NCBI GenBank assembly: GCA_964252075.1
Contig: CAXULY010000015.1
Coordinates: forward strand, 32,001 to 96,000
Source of the DNA: an uncultured Deinococcaceae bacterium
GTDB lineage: Bacteria > Deinococcota > Deinococci > Deinococcales > Deinococcaceae
Direction: 5' to 3'
Length of the DNA stretch: 64,000 nt
Shown here: piece by piece, positions 49,563-61,022 of the stretch
Numbering within the stretch: position 1 is the first letter of the stretch
Layout of the letters: every line of letters begins with the position of its first letter
The notes under the pieces: generated by a model
What the model was told of the DNA's origin: nothing
The model's database searches: none
Seen by the model: only the letters and a program-made list of their open reading frames with translations
Program-made: the position numbers and the translations under genes

Positions 49563-50834
49563 ATGATGCACCGCCGACTTGCCCTCACCGCTGCCCTGAC
49601 CATGACCCTCGGTTCCATGGCTGGAGCCGTCACGAACATCACCATCTGGTACCCGTGGGGACCGCCCGACGGGCAGGAAGTCGTGAACCGCGCCAACGAA
49701 TTCAACGCCATGCAGAAAGACATCCACGTGAACCCCGTGCTGGTGTCCGGCAGCGGCATCCAGGGCACCACGCAGGGCAAATTCCTGACGGCCGTCACCA
49801 GCGGGCAGGTGCCGGACGCCGTGCTGTACTGGGGTCAGGACGTGATTCCCGGCCTGCAGAACGTCGGCGCGCTCCTGCCACTGGACTCGTACTTCAAGAC
49901 GGCGGGCCTGAACCCCGCGACCTTCAATCAGACGGCCCTGAAGGCCATGCAGGTGGGCGGCCAGACCTACGGCGTCCCGCAGATGAGCAGCGACCTGATG
50001 CTGTACTACAACAAGGACATGTTCAAAGCGGCGGGCGTCAAGCCCCCCACCACCCTTGCGGAACTCGACGCCGCCGCCGAGAAACTCACGGTCCGCAAGG
50101 GCAACGAGATCACCCGCATGGGCTTCATTCCATGGTTGCAGCAGGGCACGCCGCTCCCGTGGACGGGCCTCTTCGGCGGGAAACTGGTGGACGCCAGCGG
50201 CAAGATCAACGTCGCGAACCCCGGCACCCTCGCCGCCCTGAACTGGGAGCAGGGCTACGTCAAGAAGTACGGCGCGGCGAACCTCACGCGCTTCATCAGC
50301 TCCATCGGCTCCACCACCACCTCATCGGCGTCCGACCCCTTCCTGCTGGAGAAGGTCGCGATGGAGGTGAACGGGCAGTGGCACGGCAACTACCTCAAGC
50401 GCTACAAGCCCAGCCTGAATTACGGCGTGGTCGCCATTCCGGTGCCCAAGGGCGGGGTGAAGAACACCACCTGGATCAACTCGAACGCGTGGCTGGTCCC
50501 CAAGGGCTCCAGGAACCCCGAGGCCGCCCTGAAGTTCATCGCGTACACCAGTCAGGCCGCCGTGAGCGCCAGGCACGCGGACGCCGTGTACAACCTCTCA
50601 CCCATCACGGCGGGCCTGAAACTCCAGAAGACCCTGAACGAACCCGTCGTGAAACTCGCCGCGTCCCTCTTCAACGGCAAGACCTTCACGTCGCCCGTCA
50701 CGGTGCAGATCCTGAACCTGCAGACCGAACTGAACACCGCCTTCGAGGCCGTGCAGCAGGGCACCAAGACGCCGCAGGAGGCGCTCGCCAGCGCGCAGAA
50801 GAACCTCGATCAGGCCGTCGCGCAGGGCCGCTGA
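49563..50834 (+). CDS. Sugar ABC transporter solute-binding protein
   Basis: Signal peptide; YGVP, LYYNKDMFKAAG, PPTTLAEL and VAMEVNGQW. Confidence 0.88.
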   Translation: MMHRRLALTAALTMTLGSMAGAVTNITIWYPWGPPDGQEVVNRANEFNAMQKDIHVNPVLVSGSGIQGTTQGKFLTAVTSGQVPDAVLYWGQDVIPGLQNVGALLPLDSYFKTAGLNPATFNQTALKAMQVGGQTYGVPQMSSDLMLYYNKDMFKAAGVKPPTTLAELDAAAEKLTVRKGNEITRMGFIPWLQQGTPLPWTGLFGGKLVDASGKINVANPGTLAALNWEQGYVKKYGAANLTRFISSIGSTTTSSASDPFLLEKVAMEVNGQWHGNYLKRYKPSLNYGVVAIPVPKGGVKNTTWINSNAWLVPKGSRNPEAALKFIAYTSQAAVSARHADAVYNLSPITAGLKLQKTLNEPVVKLAASLFNGKTFTSPVTVQILNLQTELNTAFEAVQQGTKTPQEALASAQKNLDQAVAQGR

Positions 50835-50901
50835 ACCACACGCCTGACACCCGCCGGGGGCAGGCGCGCCGCCCGCCCCCGCGCCCACCCGCGAGGTCCC
50901 C

Positions 50902-51837
50902 ATGTCGAGCATCACCTCCCACCCCCCCGTGCTGGACGCCCGAACGCGGCAGCGCCGGCGCTTCTGGCGCGGCCTGGGGGTCGGGCTGCTGTTCATCGCG
51001 CCCTGGCTGATCGGCTTCCTGTGCCTGACGCTCTACCCCTTCTTCTCGTCGCTGTACTATTCCTTCACGCAGTACAACATCCTCTCCACGCCGAAATGGG
51101 TGGGCCTGCAGAACTACCACAACCTCCTCACGGACCCCAAATACCTCGCGAGCATCGGGAACACCGTGTACTACACGGTCATCGCGGTGCCCGTCGGCCT
51201 CGTGCTGGCCGTCGCACTCGCGCTGCTGTACAACCAGCGCGTGCCGGGCCGCCCGCTGTTCCGCACGCTCATGTACGTGCCGCTCATCGTGCCCGTGGTC
51301 GCCACGGCGCTGCTGTGGCAGTGGATTTTCAACCCGCAGGTGGGCCTCCTGAACGCCCTCCTCGCGGACTTCGGCATTCGCGGCCCCACCTGGCTCGGCG
51401 ACCCCGCGTGGTCCAAGATCTCGCTCATCATCATGGCGCAGTGGGGCGTCGGCGGGAACGTGCTGCTGCTCCTCGCGGCCCTGCAGGACGTGCCCCGGCA
51501 GCTGTACGAGGCCGCCGAGATTGACGGCGCGAACCTCTGGCAGCGCTTCTGGCACGTGACCCTCCCGCAGATCTCCCCGGTGCTGCTGTTCGTGGGCCTC
51601 ACCAGCGTCATCGGCGCGTTCCAGGTGTTCACGGAGGCCTTCGTGGTGTCCGGCGGCGAGGGCGGCCCCGTGAACAGCACGCTCTTCTACTCGCTGTACC
51701 TGTTCCAGCAGGCCTTCCGCTTCTTCAACATGGGGTACGCGTCCGCGATGGCGTGGCTGCTGTTCCTGGCGGTCCTGATCATCACGGTGATCCTGCTGCG
51801 CACGTCGAGGAGGTTCGTGTTCTATGACCGTGGTTGA
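50902..51837 (+). CDS. Carbohydrate ABC transporter permease
   Basis: LYEAAEIDGA EAA loop, GGPVNST and MGYASAMAW. Confidence 0.9.
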   Translation: MSSITSHPPVLDARTRQRRRFWRGLGVGLLFIAPWLIGFLCLTLYPFFSSLYYSFTQYNILSTPKWVGLQNYHNLLTDPKYLASIGNTVYYTVIAVPVGLVLAVALALLYNQRVPGRPLFRTLMYVPLIVPVVATALLWQWIFNPQVGLLNALLADFGIRGPTWLGDPAWSKISLIIMAQWGVGGNVLLLLAALQDVPRQLYEAAEIDGANLWQRFWHVTLPQISPVLLFVGLTSVIGAFQVFTEAFVVSGGEGGPVNSTLFYSLYLFQQAFRFFNMGYASAMAWLLFLAVLIITVILLRTSRRFVFYDRG

Positions 51838-52690
51838 TGCGCCCGCCGCGCCGAAAAGCGTGCGGCGCCAGCAGGCGGTGGGCCGCTGGGTGGCCTTCGT
51901 GGCGGTCGTGCTCGCCACGCTGTTCTTCGCCTTCCCGCTGTACTGGATGGTCGTCACGGCCCTCAAGGGCGACGCGGAGATCTTCCAGAGCCCCCCCAGC
52001 CTCTTCCCGCACCAGGTGGTGTGGGACAACTTCCCGCGCGCGCTCGGGCAGATTCCCTTCCTGGCGTACGTGAAGAACAGCCTCGTGTACGCCATCGTGA
52101 GCGCCATCGGCGCCGCCGTGTCCGCGTCCATCGTCGCGTACGGCTTCGCGAAGGTGAAGTGGCCGGGCCGCGAGGTGGTGTTCTTCCTGGTGCTCATCAC
52201 CATGCTGCTGCCCTTCCAGGTCACCATGATCCCCACGTACCTGATCTTCCGCTCCATCGGCTGGACGGGCACGCTGCTGCCCCTGATCGTGCCCGCCTTC
52301 CTGGGAAACGCGTACTTCATCTTCCTGATGCGGCAGTTCATCCGCACCCTCCCCGACGAACTCAGCGACTCCGCCCGCATCGACGGCTGCAACGAGTTCC
52401 GGGTGTTCTGGAGCATCATCTTGCCGCTCATCAAGCCCGCCCTCGCGGTGGTGTTCCTGAACCAGTTCCTCGGCGCGTGGAAGGACTTCCTGGGGCCCCT
52501 CCTGTACCTGAACGACCCCAGTCAGTACACACTGTCCCTGGGCCTCCAGCAGTTCCAGTCCGCGAACGGGCAGGAGTGGGCGCTCCTGATGGCCTGCGCG
52601 GTGGTGTTCACCATCCCGCTGTTCGTGCTGTTCTTCTTCACGCAGCGTTACTTCGTCGAGGGCGTCACCTTCACCGGCCTGAAAGGCTGA
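51824..52690 (+). CDS. Carbohydrate ABC transporter permease
   Basis: IFLMRQF, SDSARIDG, WKDFLGPLLYL and TQRYFVEG. Confidence 0.9.
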   Translation: MTVVDAPAAPKSVRRQQAVGRWVAFVAVVLATLFFAFPLYWMVVTALKGDAEIFQSPPSLFPHQVVWDNFPRALGQIPFLAYVKNSLVYAIVSAIGAAVSASIVAYGFAKVKWPGREVVFFLVLITMLLPFQVTMIPTYLIFRSIGWTGTLLPLIVPAFLGNAYFIFLMRQFIRTLPDELSDSARIDGCNEFRVFWSIILPLIKPALAVVFLNQFLGAWKDFLGPLLYLNDPSQYTLSLGLQQFQSANGQEWALLMACAVVFTIPLFVLFFFTQRYFVEGVTFTGLKG

Positions 52691-52714
52691 GTGCCCCGCC
52701 CCGGATTGGACCGC

Positions 52715-55153
52715 ATGATGCACCCCCTGAACGGCCTGAACTGGGAGTTCAAGGCCCGCAACCCCGACGCGAGCCTCACCGACGACTTCACGAGCGCGGA
52801 GGGCTGGCTGCCCGCCACCGTGCCCGGCACCGTCCACACTGACCTGCTCGCCGCCGGGCAGATTCCCGACCCGTACTACGGCAAGAACGAGCATGACCTG
52901 CAGTGGATCGGGGAGACGGACTGGCTGTACCGCGCCACCTTCGACGCCCCAACTGGCGACGCCGCGCACCTGGACCTGACTTTCGACGGCCTGGACACCA
53001 TCGCGACCGTGTGGCTGAACGGTGAGCAGGTCCTGGCGAGCGACAACATGTTCGTGCCGCAGCGCGTGCCCGTCGAGGGCCGCGTGCGGGCGGGCCGCAA
53101 CAACCTGTGGCTGCACTTCGCGTCCGCCTTCCGGTACGGCAAGGCGCAGGAGGCCGAGCACGGCGCGCTGCACGTGTGGAACGGCGACGCGAGCCGCGTG
53201 TACGTGCGCAAGGCGCAGTACCACTACGGCTGGGACTGGGGCCCCACCTTCATCACGGCGGGCGTGTGGCGCGACGCGCACCTGCACGCCTACACCGCCC
53301 GCCTGAGTGACGTGCAGGTCATGACGGACCTCAGTGACGACCTGAGCGCCGCCACCGTGCGCGTGACCGCGCAGACGGCAGGGGAGGCGGAGGGCACCAC
53401 CGTCCGCGCGACCCTCACCACCCCGGACGGGGAGCGAGTGAAGCTGGGTGACGACCTGAGCGTTACGCTGTCGAACCCCAGCCTGTGGTGGCCCGCCGGG
53501 TACGGCGCGCAGGCCCTCCACACCCTGCGGGTGGAACTGGTGCAGGGCGACGCCGTGCTCGACACGCGGGAACTGCGCGTCGGCCTGCGCCGCGTGGACC
53601 TCATGCAGGAACCCCTGGAGGGCCAGCCGGGCCGCACCTTCTATTTCCGCGTCAACCACACGCCCATCTTCTGCGGCGGCGTGAACTGGATTCCCGACGA
53701 CCTGTTCCTCCCGCGCGTCACGGAGGACCGTTACCGCGCGCGCCTGCAGGCCGCCGTGGACGCCCACATGGTGATGGTGCGCGTGTGGGGCGGCGGCGTG
53801 TACGAGGCGGACACCTTCTACGACCTGTGCGACGAGCTGGGCCTCATGGTGTGGCAGGACTTCATGTTCGGCTGCGGCCTGTACCCCGCGCACGACACCT
53901 ACGCCGACAGCGTGCGCCTGGAAGCGGAGGCGAACGTGCGGCGCCTGCGCCACCACGCGTCCCTGGTGGTGTGGTGCGGGAACAACGAGGACTACCAGCT
54001 CGCGCAGTCCATCGGGCGCTGGGGCCCCCAGCACCCGGACGCCACGCCCGCCGACTTCCCCGCCCTGCGCCTGTACGAACAGGTGCTGCCCGACGTGGTC
54101 GCGCGCCTCGACCCGCAGCGCCGCTACGTGCCGGGCAGCGCGTACTCCGAGCTGGACGCCCTGCATTACCAGACGGACGGCGACATTCACAGCTGGCAGG
54201 TGTGGGGCCAGACGCGCGACTACCGCGATTACCCGCAGCTCGGGGGGCGTTTCGTGAGCGAGTTCGGCATGTGCGCCGCGCCCGCCCTGGAGACCATTGC
54301 GGGCTTCTGCCCCCCGAGCGAGCGCACGCCGCACAGCACGACGTTCACGGGGCACAACAAGGCCACGGACGGCCCCGCGAAACTCGACGCGTACCTCGCG
54401 CACAACTACGCGGACCCGCAGGCCCTCTACCTGCCGGAGTACGTGTACGGCACACAACTCGTGCAGGCGGACGCCCTCACGCTGGGCGTGTCCGCGTGGC
54501 GGCGCGCGTGGCGCGGGGAGGGCGCGCGCGAGACGAGCGGCGCCCTGGTGTGGCAGCTGAACGACTGCTGGCCCGTGTCCAGCTGGGCGCTTATCGACTC
54601 CGACCGCCGCGCGAAACCCGCGTACTACGCCCTGAAGCGCGTGTTCGCGCCGCTCGCGGTGGGTCTCACGCGAGACGGGGAAGAGGTGAGCGCCTGGGTG
54701 GCGTCCTCGGAACGCCAGGCGCGCGCCCTCACCCTGCGCGCCGAGAGCTACACCCTGGAGGGCGAGGCGCTCGGCACGACCGAGCAGGCCCTCACCGTCC
54801 AGCCGAACGGCGCAACCGAGGCGGGCGTGGTCGCGCAGGCCCCCGCGAACGCCGTGGTGTTCGCCCTCTTGCTCGACGGCGCGCAGGAAGTCGCGCGTTT
54901 CGCCCTGTGGCCCGACCCCATCCCCGCCTTCACGTGGCCCAGCCCGGACGTGACCGCGAGCGCGGACGGGAGCACCGTGCGCGTGAGCGCCACGCGGCCC
55001 GCGCGCGGCGTGTGGCTCAGCACCCCCACCCCCACGCCCTGGCCGGACAACTGGCTGGACCTCCGCCCCGGCGAGGAACGCACCCTCAGCGTCCAGCCCA
55101 GCGGTCCCGTGACCGTCACGGCGCTCGGGCAGAAGCAGACGCAACCCGCGTAA
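52715..55153 (+). CDS. Glycoside hydrolase family 2, beta-mannosidase-like
   Basis: ATVPGTVHTDL, RKAQYHYGWDWGP, RVWGGG, WCGNNE (acid/base), RFVSEFG (nucleophile) and WQLNDCWP; GTG at 52691 is an alternative start. Confidence 0.9.
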   Translation: MMHPLNGLNWEFKARNPDASLTDDFTSAEGWLPATVPGTVHTDLLAAGQIPDPYYGKNEHDLQWIGETDWLYRATFDAPTGDAAHLDLTFDGLDTIATVWLNGEQVLASDNMFVPQRVPVEGRVRAGRNNLWLHFASAFRYGKAQEAEHGALHVWNGDASRVYVRKAQYHYGWDWGPTFITAGVWRDAHLHAYTARLSDVQVMTDLSDDLSAATVRVTAQTAGEAEGTTVRATLTTPDGERVKLGDDLSVTLSNPSLWWPAGYGAQALHTLRVELVQGDAVLDTRELRVGLRRVDLMQEPLEGQPGRTFYFRVNHTPIFCGGVNWIPDDLFLPRVTEDRYRARLQAAVDAHMVMVRVWGGGVYEADTFYDLCDELGLMVWQDFMFGCGLYPAHDTYADSVRLEAEANVRRLRHHASLVVWCGNNEDYQLAQSIGRWGPQHPDATPADFPALRLYEQVLPDVVARLDPQRRYVPGSAYSELDALHYQTDGDIHSWQVWGQTRDYRDYPQLGGRFVSEFGMCAAPALETIAGFCPPSERTPHSTTFTGHNKATDGPAKLDAYLAHNYADPQALYLPEYVYGTQLVQADALTLGVSAWRRAWRGEGARETSGALVWQLNDCWPVSSWALIDSDRRAKPAYYALKRVFAPLAVGLTRDGEEVSAWVASSERQARALTLRAESYTLEGEALGTTEQALTVQPNGATEAGVVAQAPANAVVFALLLDGAQEVARFALWPDPIPAFTWPSPDVTASADGSTVRVSATRPARGVWLSTPTPTPWPDNWLDLRPGEERTLSVQPSGPVTVTALGQKQTQPA

Positions 55154-55270
55154 AACCAGCGGCTCAGCGGGGCGCGGGGACAACACCCGCGCCCCGCTTC
55201 TGCTTGAGTTCCAACGCCCCTGAAGGCAGCACACATGCGCGCGCGCCCCTTCACCCCGCACCATGCGGGC

Positions 55271-55555
55271 ATGACCCAGGGTGCAGAGAACAGCGAAGCG
55301 AAACTCGCGCGCGGCGAAACCATCGGCCTGCGGCTGTGGCAGGACGAACCCGCCGGCACCGCCAAGGACCCCCACAGCAGCCCCTACGAGACGGTGGGGT
55401 ACGTGCTGAAGGGCCGCGCGGAACTCATCGTGAACGGCCAGACGCAGCACCTCGGCCCCGGCGACAGCTACCTCGTCCCGAAGGACGCCCCGCACACCTA
55501 CCACATCCTCGAAACCTTCAGCGCCGTGGAGGCGACCAGCCCACCCGCGGAGTGA
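55271..55555 (+). CDS. Cupin domain protein
   Basis: HSSPYETVGYVLKG, LGPGDSYLVP..H and AVEATSPP. Confidence 0.82.
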   Translation: MTQGAENSEAKLARGETIGLRLWQDEPAGTAKDPHSSPYETVGYVLKGRAELIVNGQTQHLGPGDSYLVPKDAPHTYHILETFSAVEATSPPAE

Positions 55556-55562
55556 GGGCAGG

Positions 55563-55597
55563 AGAGAGGGGGCGCGTCCAAGGACGCGCCCCCTCTC
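55563..55597. repeat. Left copy of the 35-bp hairpin flanking the AT-rich island (terminator-like)
   Basis: GAGAGGGGGCGCGTCC-AA-GGACGCGCCCCCTCTC, followed by CCTTTT. Confidence 0.9.
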
Positions 55598-55709
55598 CCT
55601 TTTAATTTCATGGCTTAAAATTGAGGAGCATTGCATTTCTTATGCCTAAGGTATCTAAATATCGGTGGTTGTGTAATAAAACATTGTGCATTTGACTCAG
55701 TAATGTACT

Positions 55710-56294
55710 TTAAACTATTCTGCTGAGTATCGTATATAGCTTAGTAAAAGACTCTGAATTTAGACACAGATTTAGATCCATCTGTGCAGAAAGCGCAGGA
55801 CAGTCTATTGTCTCTGAATAGCGAGAATTATTCATAAGATTTGAAATCCATTCCTTCGCTCCTCTTATTGCTTCGGGGTGAGCAGGCGTAGTTATTTCTG
55901 TCGGCAGTCCCCTTTTTCCGGCTAAGGAAGAAATACTATGAATGATCCATGACTCATATTCTCTTACAGCTATTATTACTTCGACATTTATATGGGGTGC
56001 GGCCGTTTTTGCTCTCGTGCTCAACTCGCCTAAAAGAGTATCGGGGTCATCACTGTCTGCATCAAGTAGGACAATGATGCTTCCCTTCTGTCCTAATTTA
56101 ATCGATGCCGCCTTTACCGCCTTTTCAATCTCCCCCGGCCGGACTATCTTGCTTTTGTTAATGCGAAATATATTAGTTTTTTGAAGATTGAGCTGACTGG
56201 CGCACACCAATTCTGTAGAAATGCGCCTGACGAGAATTGGTAATGATTCAACTTCTCCGTGTCCTTCTACAATAGCAGCGAGGGGAGAGGTCAA
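55710..56294 (-). CDS. DUF4276-like TOPRIM-fold protein (putative nuclease effector)
   Basis: AIVEGHGE (TOPRIM Glu), VLLDAD (DxD), EYESW, HPEAIRGAK, YSETID and SESF; TTGA overlap with the ATPase stop. Confidence 0.78.
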   Translation of the reverse strand: MTSPLAAIVEGHGEVESLPILVRRISTELVCASQLNLQKTNIFRINKSKIVRPGEIEKAVKAASIKLGQKGSIIVLLDADSDDPDTLLGELSTRAKTAAPHINVEVIIAVREYESWIIHSISSLAGKRGLPTEITTPAHPEAIRGAKEWISNLMNNSRYSETIDCPALSAQMDLNLCLNSESFTKLYTILSRIV

Positions 56295-57523
56295 AGAAGC
56301 TGCCCCATTTTGAGAAGTTCGCCAGGATTATATAGGTTCTCCCGTATTATTTGTTTAGTTTCCTGACTGATTGGGGAAAACTTTGTTGCGTTTTCTTTAG
56401 TCAGACTTGTGTAGACTATATTGGTTTCATCAGGATTGACATTTTCCAAAATGTCTGCACTGTGTGTAGTTAGTAGAATTTGTCTAGTTTTGCTGGCCTC
56501 CTCCAATGCCTCCATCATTACTGCCGCTGCAGTAGGGTGCAAGCCAGTTTCAGGCTCTTCAATACAAATAAGGGAGAGCTTGGGTACTCCCCGCCACTCG
56601 TCTTGAAATATTGCTACCAGCAAAGCAAATGCCCTCAAAGTACCATCAGACACGCTGTCGGGGTAGAGGTAATATCGACTATTACTTATAGTAAAGTTAA
56701 CAGCCTCCATTTTGCCGAATTTTCTTCTGATATAACCACGAATCACAGGATTTACTTTATTCAGATACTTGCTTATTTTTTGACGAGAAGCGAAGTCAAC
56801 CGCTTTATGAATCATACTTGCGATATTTTCTGCACCCTTTTTCAAAGTACTACTGTTGTCAGGTAGTGCTAGAGACCGTATAGCCTCTATGTTTGGTGCA
56901 TAAAATCTTATGCTCGATAATAGTTTGTAGATGGGAAGGAACGCATCAGTGCCGGAAAGAGTAGGTAAGGCGAGTGATGTTGCGCTAGTATACGGAGGCT
57001 TATTACCACTATAGACTTCGTATTTCCCATTAATAACTTGTAAAACAGTTTTTGAATCTATTGTCACTACTTCTTCTGCTATGTCCAATTCTCTATGCTT
57101 AGCTCGTTTTATCTTTATCTTATAGGTGCATCTGGAACCCGAAGGAATTGTAAAAGTGAGTTTTATTGAAAACATTAACCCGAGTCTATTCGAGTTTCTT
57201 ACTAGACTAGTTATGCCCCCACGTGAGTTTACGGCGTGTTCAAGTCCGTTTGTCAAACTATCCGATATAAACGTGATGGCATCTAGCAAATTGCTTTTAC
57301 CTGATCCATTCATTCCAACAAGAATAGTGAGATTGGAGAAGACAACAGAACCGCTTTTTATACTTTTGTAATTGCTTATATCAATCTTATTTATGTAGCC
57401 AATTGTTTTATTTGACTCATCACGTTGTAAGGACATGATCTCGCCTTTGCCAAATTGTTTCTCTATTTCTGACATTGCCGAGTGAATGGCGTCTAGCCTC
57501 GATTTTCCGCCTGTATCCGTCAT
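56291..57523 (-). CDS. ABC/AAA_21-type ATPase with N-terminal RecA-NTD-like segment
   Basis: NYKSI, Walker A [9 protein letters not shown], signature SDGTLR, Walker B/D-loop [12 protein letters not shown] and TTHS; residues ~8-33 resemble the RecA N-terminus. Confidence 0.85.
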   Translation of the reverse strand: [410 protein letters not shown]

Positions 57524-57661
57524 CTATTTCCATATTAGACCTTGAAAAGCTGCAAGCCCATTCTTAGAAGTGGATCGCCTAAGGAAATGTTGAAGTTGTT
57601 GGATGTGCTGCACCTAAGCTACTCCAGCGCAAGGATGCCGTAGTCGGGTAATCCGAGTTCA

Positions 57662-57696
57662 AGAGAGGGGGCGCGTCTAAAGACGCGCCCCCTCTC
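57662..57696. terminator. Right copy of the 35-bp hairpin; probable gcvP terminator
   Basis: GAGAGGGGGCGCGTCT-AA-AGACGCGCCCCCTCTC, 13 nt after the gcvP stop. Confidence 0.85.
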
Positions 57697-57709
57697 TTTC
57701 TCCCTCGCC

Positions 57710-60571
<2,862 letters not shown>

Positions 60572-60640
60572 GCCACCCATCCTTGGAAAAGGCCGTGAGC
60601 GACTGGGCGTGCGCGCCCACCGCCCACGGCCAGCGTGTCG

Positions 60641-61006
60641 TTACTCCGCGACGGCCTCGTACCCGGCGGCGTCCATCAGGTCACCGGAGGGCTCCGTCAC
60701 GTCCAGCCGGAACAGCCAGCCGTCCGTGTACGCGCCGCTGTTCACGAGTTCCGGGCTGCCGGACAGCGCGTCATTCACGGCGGTGATGGTGCCGCTAGCG
60801 GGCGCGTAGATGTCGCTGGCGGTCTTCACGCTCTCCACGACGGCCACCGCTTCGCCCGCCGTGACGGTGCGGCCCACCTCGGGCAGCTCTACGTACACCA
60901 CGTCGCCCAGCTGGTCCTGCGCGAAGTCGGTGATGCCCACGGTGCCGTCCTCGCGCAGCCACTCGTGGCTGCGGGCGTACTTCAGTTCACTGGGGATGTT
61001 GGTCAT
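60641..61006 (-). CDS. gcvH: Glycine cleavage system H protein
   Basis: [23 protein letters not shown] and VESVKTASD (lipoyl lysine). Confidence 0.96.
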   Translation of the reverse strand: MTNIPSELKYARSHEWLREDGTVGITDFAQDQLGDVVYVELPEVGRTVTAGEAVAVVESVKTASDIYAPASGTITAVNDALSGSPELVNSGAYTDGWLFRLDVTEPSGDLMDAAGYEAVAE

Positions 61007-61022
61007 AGGAACTCCTGCTGCG

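Larger units (their letters stand above)
55598..57661. mobile_element. AT-rich horizontally acquired islet (two-gene defence-like cassette, no integrase)
   Basis: Abrupt change from GC-rich to AT-rich sequence at both ends, coinciding with duplicated hairpins. Confidence 0.8.

Noticed and set aside
51782..55636. 1284-aa minus-strand ORF and similar long ORFs (57905..60598, 38374..40587, 6140..7759, 62207..63676, and the 5' part of 14061..16892)
   Set aside because: These are shadow or alternative-frame ORFs over well-supported genes, expected in high-GC DNA, with no recognisable motifs.
57425..57502. recA gene or pseudogene
   Set aside because: Only the N-terminal ~26 residues resemble RecA, and they are in frame with an unrelated ABC ATPase. 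No RecA core motifs were seen nearby.
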